A stretch of 64,000 bases of DNA from Acidobacteriota bacterium (GTDB taxonomy: Bacteria > Acidobacteriota > Aminicenantia > Aminicenantales > Saccharicenantaceae), in NCBI GenBank assembly GCA_029553365.1, contig JAKPCG010000106.1, positions 1,130-65,129 on the forward strand. The letters run 5' to 3'. Position numbers and translations under genes: made by a program. The notes under the pieces were generated by a model that was given only the letters and a program-made list of their open reading frames with translations, made no database searches and was not told the origin of the DNA. Each line of letters opens with the position of its first letter. Position 1 is the stretch's first letter. Positions 26,894 to 37,895 of the stretch are shown here, piece after piece.

Positions 26894-28114
26894 TTATTCA
26901 TTGAACCAGTCTTTAATTTTTGTCCAGAAGCCTTTCTTTTTATCTCTGGAAAAGCCACGCTCCTGAATCTGGTTATAACCGTATAGAATCAGCCCCACAG
27001 CTGTGGCGTAATCGGGTGTGCTGACCCGGTCGATTAGCCCACCAATATAACTGGGGTCTCCTCGTCTGACCGGCAAATCAAAAATTTCTTCGGCCACTTC
27101 TTCCAGGCCATCCAAGAGAGCTGTGCCTCCGGTCAAAACCAGACCGGAGTTCAGGGATTTTTCATAACCCATCCTTTTAATGTCACCATCTACGAGTCTG
27201 AAAATTTCTTCAGCTCGGGGCTGGATGATATCAGCCAGAATCTGTCTGGACAGCAGCCTTGATTTTTTGGTTTTGCCCACAGTTGGAACTTCAATTGTTT
27301 CCTGTTCCTCTGTTATTGGTAAGGCTACACAACCATATTTCTTTTTTATTTTTTCAGCCTCAGGGATAGGTGTCCTGAGCCCGACGGCAATATCATTGGT
27401 AAAATTATCTCCGCCCAGCGGAATGGTGGATGTATACCAGAGAGAGCCGCGTTCAAAAATTGCCACCTCGGTTGTTCCAGCTCCCAGGTCAATCAGACCA
27501 ACACCCAGTTCCCGTTCATCCTGGGTCAGAGTGGAATAGCTGGTGGCAATCTGATTCAGGACGATTTCCTGAATGCCAATATTGGACTTTTCCAGGCAGT
27601 TTTTCAGGTTTTGAAGAGAGGTTATGGCTGAAGTTACAATGTGAACATTGACTTCTAGCTTGATGCCACTCATGCCGAGTGGATCCTTAATGCCATCCTG
27701 TTCATCCACAATGAATTCCTGCGGAATAATATGAATGATCTCACGGTCAGGGGGGATGGACAGAGCCCGTGCCTGGTCAATAACCCGTTTTATGTCCTCT
27801 CTGGTAATCTCCCGGTTTTTGCCAGAGACCGCTACCACCCCCCGGCTATTGAAGCTTTTAATGTGAGCGCCTGAGATGCCGACATAGGCTGAATCTATTT
27901 CGACTCCGGCCATCAGCTCAGCTTCTTCCTGGGCCTTTTTAATAGCTGAGATGGTTTGGTCCAGGTTGACCACCACTCCTTTGCGAATGCCTTTCGATTC
28001 GGCTACCCCGATGCCTATAATCTCAACCTTTTGTTCTTCGGTAATTTCACCAATAATCGCTACGGTTTTTTTCGTGCCGATATCCAATCCTACCAGATAA
28101 TTATTCCTGGCCAT
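26894..28114 (-). CDS. ftsA: Cell division protein FtsA
   Basis: [23 protein letters not shown]; actin-like ATPase motifs; position between ftsQ and ftsZ. Confidence 0.9.
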   Translation of the reverse strand: MARNNYLVGLDIGTKKTVAIIGEITEEQKVEIIGIGVAESKGIRKGVVVNLDQTISAIKKAQEEAELMAGVEIDSAYVGISGAHIKSFNSRGVVAVSGKNREITREDIKRVIDQARALSIPPDREIIHIIPQEFIVDEQDGIKDPLGMSGIKLEVNVHIVTSAITSLQNLKNCLEKSNIGIQEIVLNQIATSYSTLTQDERELGVGLIDLGAGTTEVAIFERGSLWYTSTIPLGGDNFTNDIAVGLRTPIPEAEKIKKKYGCVALPITEEQETIEVPTVGKTKKSRLLSRQILADIIQPRAEEIFRLVDGDIKRMGYEKSLNSGLVLTGGTALLDGLEEVAEEIFDLPVRRGDPSYIGGLIDRVSTPDYATAVGLILYGYNQIQERGFSRDKKKGFWTKIKDWFNE

Positions 28115-28987
28115 TTAACTTGCCTCCTTTTCCCGGGCAGAAGCCTTTTCTGCCTGCAGAGTCAGCGGTTTAATATAAATGCGATCATTCAGTCTGAGGT
28201 CAATATATTCAACCGGACCAAACTGTTCTGCCCAGGCACTCAGGCTGGAAAGATAGTAATCCAGGCTTTCGGCCAGGTTGGAATCACTCGCCATGATTTT
28301 CACGGGATCTCCGGCCAGTTGAACTTCCAGAGACGAGCGGTCCATAAGCTTAATTGTTCTTATTCTGGCCCTTAAAGCCGGCTGCAGGCGGTCCAGAGCC
28401 TGACAGGTCAGAGCAATTTTTTCTTTGTAGTTCTGATGCCAGTTGCCGCTATCCTCGAGAAGAGGCCAGGAGTCAGCAGGCAATTCAGCGTAAGAGGCAA
28501 TGACTTCTCCTTCCTCGTCAACTAATTGGTAATTTCCCCGGTGGATATATAACCTGGGAATACGAGGAATGGCCTCAACTTTGAGTACAGAAGGAAGGAT
28601 TTTTTCCAGTCGGACTTCTTTGACACCCGGCAGGCGAATGAGTCTCGACCTCAAATAATTCAAATCGCAAGCGATGATATTACCCAGATCATATTGAGCG
28701 AGGTAATGTTCTATTTGCTGTTTGACCTGAGGGCTGGTGGAAATGACTTCCACCCTTTTGATTTCCAGCCGGTCACAGGAAATCACATAATAGTAAGCAC
28801 CGGTCAGGCCGGCGAAAAAAGTTGCTATCAGACCGAAAATGAGCAATAGATGCTTGATAGAAAGAACTTTCCTGGTGCTTCTGGTTCTGGTAACAATATT
28901 TTTATCAGGGCGATGAAAAGACTGTTTTTCTGCTGGAAAATCTGAAAATAACGGTCTGGTCAGGGGATATCTATTTTCAACTGCCAT
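28115..28987 (-). CDS. ftsQ: Cell division protein FtsQ (POTRA domain)
   Basis: Cytoplasmic N-terminus, one transmembrane segment (LLLIFGLIATFFAGLTGAYYYV), POTRA-like periplasmic domain. Position between murC and ftsA. Confidence 0.7.
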   Translation of the reverse strand: MAVENRYPLTRPLFSDFPAEKQSFHRPDKNIVTRTRSTRKVLSIKHLLLIFGLIATFFAGLTGAYYYVISCDRLEIKRVEVISTSPQVKQQIEHYLAQYDLGNIIACDLNYLRSRLIRLPGVKEVRLEKILPSVLKVEAIPRIPRLYIHRGNYQLVDEEGEVIASYAELPADSWPLLEDSGNWHQNYKEKIALTCQALDRLQPALRARIRTIKLMDRSSLEVQLAGDPVKIMASDSNLAESLDYYLSSLSAWAEQFGPVEYIDLRLNDRIYIKPLTLQAEKASAREKEAS

Positions 28988-30377
28988 TTGTTTTCTCCTT
29001 TTCCAGGATTTTTATAACTTCCGGAATGATCCTATTAATATGGCCTGCTCCCAGCACAAGCAGCATATCGCCGGGCCGAAGCTCATTAGCCAGCAGGGCT
29101 GGCAGCTTATCCAGCTCTGGCTCAAACCAGACATTGGTCTGACCCGACCGCCAAATCTCCTCAAAAAGATTTCGGCCGCTAACTCCGGGAATCGGCTTTT
29201 CACCAGCCGGATAAATTTCGGTTAAGAAGAGCAGATCAGCCTGACGGAAGGCGGTAGCAAACTCGCTCTGAAGCCTGGCCAGGCGAGAGAAGCGATGGGG
29301 CTGAAACGCCACCACCAGCCGCCTTTTCCAGCCTGTTCTGGCCGCCTGCAGGGTGGCTTTGATTTCGGTCGGATGATGGGCATAATCTTCAATGATCATG
29401 ATATCATTAACGACTCTTTTTAGTTCAAAGCGGCGTCCGGTACCACTGTAATCTTCCAGTGCCTGGAGGATGGTTTGCATCTCGATGTCCAGGTCCAGTC
29501 CAACGGCCGTGGCGGCCAGGGCATTTAAAATATTGTGCTGACCGGGAACGTTAAGTTCCAACCGGCCTGCTTTCTGGCCGTGAACATAAAGAATCGAATA
29601 ACTGGAAAAACCATCAAATTCAAAATCACGGGCTTGAATATCTGCCTCAGGTGAAAAACCATAAGTTATAACTTTCCTTTCGATTTGAGGCATAATACTC
29701 CGTAAATTGAGGTCATCAAGGCAGAGAATAACCGGACAGTAAAAGGGCACTTTATTGGCAAAATAAACAAAGGTTTTTTTAATTTCATTCAGCGTTCCAT
29801 ATTGATCAAGATGTTCCTCGTCAATATTGGTCAGAACAGCGATAAAAGGAGAGAGATAAAGAAAAGACCGATCACTTTCGTCCGCTTCGGCCACAATGAA
29901 ATCACCCTCACCCAGCTTGGCATTTGACCCAACGGTATTTAATCGCCCGCCAACAATGATGGTCGGATCATAACCACCGGCTTCCAGTACCTGAGCGGTC
30001 ATCGAAGTGGTAGTAGTTTTCCCATGAGCTCCAGCTACGGCAATTCCATATTTCATCCGCATTAACTCGGCCAGCATTTCCGCTCTCGGAATAACTGGAA
30101 TCTTTAGAGCCTTGGCCCGGGCGACTTCGACATTATCTTCTTTGACTGCGGAGGAAATAACCACAACGTCGGCTTCTTTTAAATTGTCAGCAGAATGCCC
30201 GATAAAAATCTGGGCTCCTAAATTGCGCAGTCTGATAGTCGCTTCATTTTCCTGAAGATCTGAACCTGAAACCTGATAGCCAAGATTGAGCAGAACTTCG
30301 GCAATCCCGCACATGCCGGTACCGCCAATGCCGACCATGTGAATACGGTTGAGTTTTCTATAGCCTCTTCTTACCAC
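28977..30377 (-). CDS. murC: UDP-N-acetylmuramate--L-alanine ligase
   Basis: IHMVGIGGTGMCGIAEVLLNLGYQVSGSDL; Mur ligase central domain GKTTTTSM. Confidence 0.9.
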   Translation of the reverse strand: MVRRGYRKLNRIHMVGIGGTGMCGIAEVLLNLGYQVSGSDLQENEATIRLRNLGAQIFIGHSADNLKEADVVVISSAVKEDNVEVARAKALKIPVIPRAEMLAELMRMKYGIAVAGAHGKTTTTSMTAQVLEAGGYDPTIIVGGRLNTVGSNAKLGEGDFIVAEADESDRSFLYLSPFIAVLTNIDEEHLDQYGTLNEIKKTFVYFANKVPFYCPVILCLDDLNLRSIMPQIERKVITYGFSPEADIQARDFEFDGFSSYSILYVHGQKAGRLELNVPGQHNILNALAATAVGLDLDIEMQTILQALEDYSGTGRRFELKRVVNDIMIIEDYAHHPTEIKATLQAARTGWKRRLVVAFQPHRFSRLARLQSEFATAFRQADLLFLTEIYPAGEKPIPGVSGRNLFEEIWRSGQTNVWFEPELDKLPALLANELRPGDMLLVLGAGHINRIIPEVIKILEKEKTNGS

Positions 30378-31471
30378 TAGTCTCTCCTTCCTTCGGCTTT
30401 AATCATGTCGAGAGCCAGTCTGGCCAGGCGGTCGGCACTATCTGTCCTTCTGAGCTTCTGGAGATTATCTCCCATTCGAATCAAAGCCTCATGGTTATTC
30501 AAATAAAATTTCAGCCGGTCCAGGAGGATTTCAGGTTTAAAATCCTTTTCTAAGAGGATCTCGGCTCCTCCAGCTTGCTCCAGTTCCCTGGCATTCCATT
30601 CCTGATGATTATCGGCGGCGGCGGCAAAAGGAACCAGGATGGCTGGCCTGGTGGCGGCGATGAGTTCGGCACAGGTGGTAGCACCAGCCCGACATAGAAC
30701 CAGATCAGCCGCGGCCAGATAGTCAGCCATAGGTGAAAAATAGGGGCTGACTGTGACCTGTTCCAGGCCGGCCAGCTCATAAGCTTCTTTGACCCGCTGG
30801 AAATCTCTTTCTCCTGTTTGGTGATAAATGATCAGAGAATTTTTTAACTCCCTGAGAAGGGGCAGGCTTTCTATAATTCTGTCGTTTAAAAATTTTGACC
30901 CCTGACTGCCCCCAAAAATGAGCAGGGTCAAAATCGGCCCGGGTTGTTTGCGCTGAATCCGGTAGAACTCCGGTCTGACCGGATTGCCCAGCAGGATACC
31001 TTTGCCCCTGAAATAGCGAAGTGAAGAAGGAAAAGAAACGACTGCTCGATCAGCAAAGTGGCTGAGCAAACGGTTGGTAAAACCGGGCAGAGCATTCTGT
31101 TCAAGAATTAGAGTGGGCTTTTTCAGAAGAGAAGCGAGCAGGACAACCGGTCCGGAACTGAATCCACCTACCCCGATTACCAGAGCAGGCTGATAGCTTA
31201 AAATAATAACTAGTGACCTGGCCAGAGCCAGCGGCAGCAAAGCTAACCCTTTGAGCTTTTTCCAGCCACGGCTTTTTAATCCTTCTACGGGCAGAGTTAG
31301 ATAGGTCAGTGATTGCTCATTCATTATTCTTTTCTCAACAGCCCGCTGGCTGCCGATATAAATCAATTCTATTTCTGGCTCCAATTCTTTTAACTTCTGG
31401 CCAAGGACCACAGCTGGATAGAGATGTCCACCTGTTCCTCCTCCACTGATGATTATTCTTTTCTTACTCAT
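30377..31471 (-). CDS. murG: Undecaprenyldiphospho-muramoylpentapeptide beta-N-acetylglucosaminyltransferase
   Basis: RIIISGGGTGGHLYPAVVLGQ. Start moved to MSKKRIII (ATG 31471), which directly abuts the ftsW stop at 31468. Confidence 0.9.
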   Translation of the reverse strand: MSKKRIIISGGGTGGHLYPAVVLGQKLKELEPEIELIYIGSQRAVEKRIMNEQSLTYLTLPVEGLKSRGWKKLKGLALLPLALARSLVIILSYQPALVIGVGGFSSGPVVLLASLLKKPTLILEQNALPGFTNRLLSHFADRAVVSFPSSLRYFRGKGILLGNPVRPEFYRIQRKQPGPILTLLIFGGSQGSKFLNDRIIESLPLLRELKNSLIIYHQTGERDFQRVKEAYELAGLEQVTVSPYFSPMADYLAAADLVLCRAGATTCAELIAATRPAILVPFAAAADNHQEWNARELEQAGGAEILLEKDFKPEILLDRLKFYLNNHEALIRMGDNLQKLRRTDSADRLARLALDMIKAEGRRD

Positions 31472-32580
31472 AGCAGTGGTTTGGCCTCCACCCTTCTCTG
31501 GGAAATATTTAGTAGCAGTCCGACAGACAGAAGGTTGCAAAGCAAGGATGAGCGTCCATAGGAAATAAAGGGAAGGGGAATACCAGTTACCGGTCCCAGT
31601 CCCAGGACAACACTGATATTCAGGAGAGCCTGGATGGCCAGGCTGATGGTCAAACCATAGGCAATTAACTGGTAATTTTGATGTGAAGCCCGATCGGCAA
31701 TTTTTAGCCCGCGGGTCAGAAAAGCGAGAAAGAGAATAATGACAGTCAGGCTACCAGCCAGGCCGGTCTCTTCACCAATAATGGCAAAAATAAAGTCGGT
31801 ATGAGCACAGGGCAGAAAATAGAGTTTCTGAGTGGAGGCTCCAAGACTAACTCCCAGCAGGCCACCTGACCCAATAGCTAACTGTGATTGCCTGACCTGA
31901 AAAGCCTTACCCAGCGGGTCCTTGTCAGGCTCGAGAAAGCCATGAACCCGGTTAAGCCGGTAGTTGGCTGAAAAAAGAAAAATAGTAAAGATAATACAGA
32001 CCAGAAGTCCAGGAACAATAAAATATTTTAGTTTTACGCCACCCAGGTAAAGAGTAATAGTCGAAATCAGACAAAGGAAGGCAGCTGTGCTGTAATCAGG
32101 TTCGAGCAAAATGAGGAGGACAAAAGCTAGGATGACAGCGGCCGGAATTAACAGCGTTTTCCAGTGATTAATTGTCTGGGCTTTGTCTGTGCAGTAATTG
32201 GCCAAAAAGACAATCAAAACGACCTTGGCCAGCTCTGAAGGTTGAAAACGAATGCCAAAAACTTGAAGCCAGCGATGGGCTCCAGCTACAGGTGGCATGG
32301 CCAGGCACAGCAAAAGCAGCACAAAAGTAAAAGCGGTCAGAACATAAACCAGGCGTTTCCAGGTAAAGAACGGCTGCCGGATAGAAGCTATGATAAACAT
32401 CATAATCAGACCACCGATAGCGGCCACAATTTGCTGGGTTAGAAAATAGAAGCTCTGGTGGTATTTTTCAGCGGCCAGAATGACGGATGAACTGAAAACC
32501 ATGATGATGCCAATAAGGACAAGAGCCAGGGTCGTGGCGAAAAGTGTCTTGTCGAAGGAATACCGCCTGAAAACTTCCAT
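31468..32580 (-). CDS. ftsW: SEDS-family peptidoglycan glycosyltransferase FtsW
   Basis: 10-transmembrane SEDS topology; FQPSELAK and GLPLPFISYGRSSL motifs. Confidence 0.85.
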   Translation of the reverse strand: MEVFRRYSFDKTLFATTLALVLIGIIMVFSSSVILAAEKYHQSFYFLTQQIVAAIGGLIMMFIIASIRQPFFTWKRLVYVLTAFTFVLLLLCLAMPPVAGAHRWLQVFGIRFQPSELAKVVLIVFLANYCTDKAQTINHWKTLLIPAAVILAFVLLILLEPDYSTAAFLCLISTITLYLGGVKLKYFIVPGLLVCIIFTIFLFSANYRLNRVHGFLEPDKDPLGKAFQVRQSQLAIGSGGLLGVSLGASTQKLYFLPCAHTDFIFAIIGEETGLAGSLTVIILFLAFLTRGLKIADRASHQNYQLIAYGLTISLAIQALLNISVVLGLGPVTGIPLPFISYGRSSLLCNLLSVGLLLNISQRRVEAKPLL

Positions 32581-33941
32581 TATCTTTTCTCCTGGATTTT
32601 TCTGGCCAGGCGATTAACTTCTTTTTTAAACAGCCGGCCTCGTTCTTCAAAATTTTTAAACATGTCCCAGGAGGTGCAGGCCGGTGCCAGGAGAACTACA
32701 TCTCCCGGGCTGGACAGATCGTAAGCCTTTTCCACCAAGTCTCTAAAGCTCTTAGCTTCTTCGAGCGGACAAACTCCCTGGATAGCCTGTCTGATTTTTT
32801 TTCTGGCTTCGCCTATTAACAGCACTTGCTTGACTTTTCCTTTTAATGCGCGACGGAGGGGAGAAAAGTCTCCCCCCTTGTCGCGCCCCCCGAGGATAAG
32901 GATAATCGGCTGGTCAAAACTTTCGATAGCTTTAATGGTGGCATCAACGGTGGTCGCTTTGGAATCATTGACAAATAGTACACCCCTGATTTTTCTGACT
33001 TCTTCCAGACGGTGTTCCAGTCCTTTGAAGTTTCGGATGGTCTGTCTGATGGAGGTCAGGCTGGCTCCAGCCAGACGGGCAGCCAGAATGGCGGCCATCA
33101 CATTCTCTTGATTGTGAACCCCTCTTAATCTGATATTCTTGACATCTATGACCGGAATTTCTTCCCCCAGTTTCAGAATAATCTTCGAGCCCTGGAGGTA
33201 GCAACCCCGGGGTACTGAATGCTTTCGACTGAAAGCATAGAGTTCTTGTCTTTTTTCCTGTCTCCAGACCCACAGGTGCGGATCATCACGATTAAGAATT
33301 ACCTGATCTTCAGGTTGACTGTGATCAAAAAGTTTCTTTTTAGCCTGGAGATACGCCTCAAAGGTCCGATGCCAGTCAAGGTGATTGGGTGAAATGTTGA
33401 GGAAAACAGAGATATCGGTCCTGAACTTTTCAGTGAATTCCAGTTGAAAACTGGACAGCTCGGTCACCACCAGATGACCGGGCTTAACCTTTGGGATAAA
33501 TGACACAAGCGGCTGGCCAATGTTACCGGTCAGATGAACTTTGAAACCGGCCCTTTTAAGCATTAGATAAATAAGAGTGGTGGTGGTTGATTTGCCATTG
33601 GTCCCGGTAATTCCGATCAGTTTTCCCCGCAGATAAGGGTAAGCAAGCTCTATTTCTGAGATAACCTTTATGCCTTTTTCTCTGGCGGCCAGAACTTCGG
33701 GCAGGGGAGGCACGCCCGGACTTAAGACCACCAGCTCTGCCTGTAATAAAGTTTCCAGGCGATTGGCCCCTGTATCGAAATTAACGCCTTTAGCCCTGTA
33801 TATTTCCACCCGCTCCAGTTCTGCTTCGGGCTTTTTATCTGAAACGGTAATATTAGCTCCCTGGCTGAGGAGAAAATCGCAGACAGCCTGGCCAGTCCGG
33901 CCGAAGCCGACTACGACCACTCTTTTATCTTTTAATTCCAT
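32580..33941 (-). CDS. murD: UDP-N-acetylmuramoylalanine--D-glutamate ligase
   Basis: MELKDKRVVVVGFGRTGQAV; GITGTNGKSTTTTL P-loop. Confidence 0.9.
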   Translation of the reverse strand: MELKDKRVVVVGFGRTGQAVCDFLLSQGANITVSDKKPEAELERVEIYRAKGVNFDTGANRLETLLQAELVVLSPGVPPLPEVLAAREKGIKVISEIELAYPYLRGKLIGITGTNGKSTTTTLIYLMLKRAGFKVHLTGNIGQPLVSFIPKVKPGHLVVTELSSFQLEFTEKFRTDISVFLNISPNHLDWHRTFEAYLQAKKKLFDHSQPEDQVILNRDDPHLWVWRQEKRQELYAFSRKHSVPRGCYLQGSKIILKLGEEIPVIDVKNIRLRGVHNQENVMAAILAARLAGASLTSIRQTIRNFKGLEHRLEEVRKIRGVLFVNDSKATTVDATIKAIESFDQPIILILGGRDKGGDFSPLRRALKGKVKQVLLIGEARKKIRQAIQGVCPLEEAKSFRDLVEKAYDLSSPGDVVLLAPACTSWDMFKNFEERGRLFKKEVNRLARKIQEKR

Positions 33942-33944
33942 TTG

Positions 33945-35033
33945 TTACCTCAGCTTTAAGGTGGTCAAACTGAACAGGGCAAAAATAATCCCCATTATCC
34001 AGAAACGGATAACAACTTTTTCTTCCGGCCAACCAATCAATTCAAAATGATGATGGAGCGGTGCCATACGGAAAACTCTTTTCCCTCCAGACAGCTTGAA
34101 ATAGGTGACCTGGAGGAGAACCGATAAAGCTTCCAGGATAAAAACCCCAGCCACGAAAAGGAGCAGAAATTCCTGTTTTATCAAAATGGCCAGAAGTCCA
34201 AGAGTCCCGCCTAAAGACAGGGCACCAACATCACCCATAAAGATTTCTGCCGGATGGCAGTTAAACCAGAGGAAACCCAGGCAGGCTCCCGCCAGAGCTC
34301 CGGCAAAAACGGTTAGTTCGGCGGCCAGGGGAACTCTTAGTATGTTTAAATATTGTGACCAGATGGCGTGGCCGGCGACATAGGTCAGGGCGGTCAGGGC
34401 GGCAGCTGAGATCAGGGTTAAACCTATGGCCAGACCATCCAATCCATCGGCCAGGTTAACCGCATTGGATGAGCCGACTAAAATAAATAGAATCCAGGGG
34501 AGATACAACCAGCCCAGATAGAGTGTCCATTCTTTAATAAAAGGGAAAGTTAAATGCAGATCGAATTTTCCTTTAAAGCCAATGAGAACAAGAATAAGAG
34601 CAATCAAACCAGAAACAGTGATTTGAAGGATTAATTTCTGCCTGGTGTTCAATCCAAGAGAACGGTGGCTACGGTACTTAATGAAATCATCTATGAACCC
34701 GATCAGGCCAAAAAGGCTCAGGCCGGCCAGGCCCAGCCAGACATAGATATTGCCAAGATTCCCCCAGAGCAGGGTGGAGACAACTGTCGCTCCGATGATG
34801 ATCACCCCGCCCATCGAAGGAGTCCCTTTTTTGGAAAGGTGAGTCGATGGTCCTTCTTCCCTTATTTCCTGGCCAATCTGATGCTTTCGAAGCACCTTGA
34901 TAAACACTGGCAGGAAGATAAAGACAAAAAGGAGAGCAGTCATTCCACCCAGAGCTGTTCTGACCGTGATGTAGCGGAAAACATTAAAAAAGAAAATATA
35001 TTTTCTGAGTGGAACAAGCAGCCAGTAAAGCAC
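33945..35033 (-). CDS. mraY: Phospho-N-acetylmuramoyl-pentapeptide transferase
   Basis: MLYWLLVPLRKYIFFFNVFRYITVR; ...GTPSMGGVIII; D-D-D motifs of the PNPT family. Confidence 0.9.
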   Translation of the reverse strand: MLYWLLVPLRKYIFFFNVFRYITVRTALGGMTALLFVFIFLPVFIKVLRKHQIGQEIREEGPSTHLSKKGTPSMGGVIIIGATVVSTLLWGNLGNIYVWLGLAGLSLFGLIGFIDDFIKYRSHRSLGLNTRQKLILQITVSGLIALILVLIGFKGKFDLHLTFPFIKEWTLYLGWLYLPWILFILVGSSNAVNLADGLDGLAIGLTLISAAALTALTYVAGHAIWSQYLNILRVPLAAELTVFAGALAGACLGFLWFNCHPAEIFMGDVGALSLGGTLGLLAILIKQEFLLLFVAGVFILEALSVLLQVTYFKLSGGKRVFRMAPLHHHFELIGWPEEKVVIRFWIMGIIFALFSLTTLKLR

Positions 35034-35034
35034 T

Positions 35035-36423
35035 TTAGTTCTCCATCGCTTTTTTCAGATTTTCGACTATGGTTTCCAGGCTCAAGCCTCTCGAACCTTT
35101 GACCAGAACGAGATCGGAGGGCCTTATAAATGATTTAAGCCAATCTGCTACCTCTTCTGGTCGGTCAAAAGATTCAACCCTGGCTGAATCCAGCCCATGG
35201 CGGACAGCTCCCTCGGCTATAAGTCTGGCTCTGGAGCCAACTGTAACCAGATAGTCCCAGCCATAAGCAGGAAGAAGAGCGCCCGCTTCCAGATGATATT
35301 GATTCTCGGCAGGTCCCAGTTCAAGCATATCGCCCAGCACCGCAATTTTCCTGCCAGCCAGAAGCCGGCCGAGGCTTTTCAAGACCTCTTCCAGAGCGAC
35401 CGGATTGGAATTGTAAGAATCGTCATAGATGGTGGTTCCGCTTTTCAATTTAATAATCTCGCCACGGTGGGCGAGAACAGGCAGCTGATGAAGTGAAGAA
35501 ATAATCTCAGTCAGCCCGAGGCCAAAATAATAGGCAACGCCACAGGCGGCCAGAACATTGGTTATAAGTCCCTCATTTAAGATGGGCAGTTCAACCCTGG
35601 CTTTTTCCCGTCCGTAAATGAGGCTAAAACTCAATCCAGACCAGCCGTGATATTCAATATCTTCAGCTCTTATTAAACATCTATCGCTTTTACCAAAATA
35701 GATAATTTTATCAGGCGGGAAATCAGCCGCAATTTGCCTGATGAGTGGATCGTCGCCGTTAAGAACGGCATTTGCTCCTGGCTTAGCCCCGGCCAGAATT
35801 TCCTTTTTAGCCAGAGCAATTTCTTCCAGGTTCTGGAAAAACTCAAGATGAACTGGAGCAATCCTGGTAATGACTGCCACTTCCGGAGGAGCAATTTCTA
35901 CCAGTCTCTTAATTTCACCAGGATGATTCATGCCCATTTCCAGAACCGCTATCTGGTGAGAATCGTTCAGGGCGAGAATGGAAATAGGTAAGCCGATCTG
36001 ATTATTATAATTACCCATCGATCTGAGCACAGAAAAACGTGCGGAAAGCAGACTGGCAGTCAATTCCTTGGTGGAAGTTTTGCCTATACTTCCAGTTATA
36101 CCTACCACCCGGAGCTGACTTTCGGCCAGCACCCTGGCCGCCAGTTGTTGAAGAGCTTGAAGGGTATCGGCCACTTGAATTAAGCCGAAGTCTGGTGGCA
36201 GATCTCTTACTTCCCTGGAGATACAGGCAGCTACCGCCCCTTTTTTTCTGGCTTCAGTCAGGTAATCGTGGCCATCTCTAATTCCCTTCAGAGCAAAAAA
36301 CAAAGAACCCGGCCTGGCCTGCCTGGAATCGAAAGTGTAGGCCACTATTCTGGTTCCTGGCTCACCTTGAATTATTTTCCCGCCGGTGAGCTCGGCCAGA
36401 CGGGCAAGAGATAAAGAAGCCAT
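35035..36423 (-). CDS. murF: UDP-N-acetylmuramoyl-tripeptide--D-alanyl-D-alanine ligase
   Basis: Mur ligase domains, GITGSIGKTSTKE P-loop, position in the cluster. Confidence 0.85.
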   Translation of the reverse strand: MASLSLARLAELTGGKIIQGEPGTRIVAYTFDSRQARPGSLFFALKGIRDGHDYLTEARKKGAVAACISREVRDLPPDFGLIQVADTLQALQQLAARVLAESQLRVVGITGSIGKTSTKELTASLLSARFSVLRSMGNYNNQIGLPISILALNDSHQIAVLEMGMNHPGEIKRLVEIAPPEVAVITRIAPVHLEFFQNLEEIALAKKEILAGAKPGANAVLNGDDPLIRQIAADFPPDKIIYFGKSDRCLIRAEDIEYHGWSGLSFSLIYGREKARVELPILNEGLITNVLAACGVAYYFGLGLTEIISSLHQLPVLAHRGEIIKLKSGTTIYDDSYNSNPVALEEVLKSLGRLLAGRKIAVLGDMLELGPAENQYHLEAGALLPAYGWDYLVTVGSRARLIAEGAVRHGLDSARVESFDRPEEVADWLKSFIRPSDLVLVKGSRGLSLETIVENLKKAMEN

Positions 36424-36424
36424 C

Positions 36425-37894
36425 CTATTTTTTCTCCTCGAGTTTCTTTATTATCTCCAGAGCTATCCCATAGTCGCTAAAAGGAAGAGTTTGATCTTTA
36501 AAGATTTGATAGGTCTCATGGCCTTTACCGGCTATCACCACGAAATCGCCAGGAGCAGCCATGACCAGGGCTTTTTGAATTGCTGACCGCCGGTCAACAA
36601 TCGATTCGTAATTTTTGCTTCCGACTTTGAGAAAACCCTGCTCGATATCCTTAATAATTTTTTCCGGGTCTTCGGAGCGGGGATTATCGGAGGTAATGAT
36701 AGTCCAGTCAGCCAAATGGGCCGCCACTTCTCCCATTCGTGGGCGCTTGCTTCGATCCCGATCCCCACCGCAGCCAAAAATTAATATGATTCTGGTCGGA
36801 TTTAGACTCCTCACGGCCAGCAGCAAATTTTCCAGGGCGTTATCGGTATGGGCATAATCCACGATAACGGACAGGCCAAGAGAATTAGGTACAAATTCCA
36901 GCCGACCTGGTATGGATTCCAGCTGGCTTATTCCTTTGACAATAGCCTGGGGGCTGATTCCCAGGACGAGGGCAGCCGAAGTGGCTGCCAGAAAATTATA
37001 TAAATTATGACGTCCAATCAGTTTTGTTTTGAAATTAAGCCGTCCACCCGGATAAGAGACCTGAGCTTTCATTTCCCGGCCGGCGATCTCAAAGCTTTCA
37101 ATTCGGACCAGAGCTTCTGGCCTGAAACCGAAGGTGATGGTTCTCATCGGCAGCTCTGAAATCAGCTTCTGGCCCCAGACATCATCGATGTTAACTATTG
37201 AGGCCTGCCTCTTGTGATTCAGGAAGAAAAGCTTTTTTTTAGCTTCAAAGTAATTTTCCATTGTCTGATGATAATCGAGATGTTCGCCGCTGAGATTAGT
37301 AAAAATGGCCAGGTCAAAACCTATCCCCAGGACTCTCTTTAACTCCAGGGAATGGGAAGAAACTTCCAGCACACAATGGCTCACACCAGAATCAACCATT
37401 TGCTTTAATATCTTTTGAATATCTGGCGCTTCTGGAGTTGTTCTGGGAGCGGCACAACGCTGATTATTCCAGCGATAGTCAATCGTCCCGATAACTCCAG
37501 GATTCAGTCCGGCGGCCTGGAGAATAGCTTCGAGGATATAACTGACCGTCGTCTTACCCTTGGTGCCGGTAATGCCGATTGTCTTTAGCTTAAGTGCTGG
37601 ATGACCATAAAAGGTTGCCGAAATTAAAGCCAGAGCTTCCCTGGCATCTGGCACTTGAATCCAGGTCAGGTCTAATTCTTCTGGCTTCTGACGCTCTGAG
37701 ACAATGGCTGTAGCGCCTTTCTGCTTAGCTTCAGGAATAAAATCATAGCCATCTGCTTTAAGACCTTTGACCGCCACGAAGATGTTACCCGGTTCAACCA
37801 GATGGGAAGAATAGGCAATGCCTGAAATATCCAGATCAGGCTGGCCCCAGAATCTGACCACCTGAATTTCAGATAGAAGTTCTTTAAGTGTCAT
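36425..37894 (-). CDS. murE: UDP-N-acetylmuramoyl-L-alanyl-D-glutamate--2,6-diaminopimelate ligase
   Basis: GITGTKGKTTVSYIL; C-terminal DNPR motif (SDNPRSEDP) indicates the meso-DAP-adding type. Confidence 0.9.
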   Translation of the reverse strand: MTLKELLSEIQVVRFWGQPDLDISGIAYSSHLVEPGNIFVAVKGLKADGYDFIPEAKQKGATAIVSERQKPEELDLTWIQVPDAREALALISATFYGHPALKLKTIGITGTKGKTTVSYILEAILQAAGLNPGVIGTIDYRWNNQRCAAPRTTPEAPDIQKILKQMVDSGVSHCVLEVSSHSLELKRVLGIGFDLAIFTNLSGEHLDYHQTMENYFEAKKKLFFLNHKRQASIVNIDDVWGQKLISELPMRTITFGFRPEALVRIESFEIAGREMKAQVSYPGGRLNFKTKLIGRHNLYNFLAATSAALVLGISPQAIVKGISQLESIPGRLEFVPNSLGLSVIVDYAHTDNALENLLLAVRSLNPTRIILIFGCGGDRDRSKRPRMGEVAAHLADWTIITSDNPRSEDPEKIIKDIEQGFLKVGSKNYESIVDRRSAIQKALVMAAPGDFVVIAGKGHETYQIFKDQTLPFSDYGIALEIIKKLEEKK

Positions 37895-37895
37895 T

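Noticed and set aside
26881-26958. 26-codon N-terminal extension of ftsZ overlapping the ftsA 3' end
   Set aside because: The AGGAGG RBS sits 5 nt before the internal ATG. The extension would be encoded by the RBS itself and would overlap ftsA.
25705-26986. Three plus-strand ORFs of 95-163 aa opposite ftsZ
   Set aside because: Antisense shadow ORFs within ftsZ. Pro/Ser/Arg-rich translations typical of the wrong strand of a GC-biased gene.
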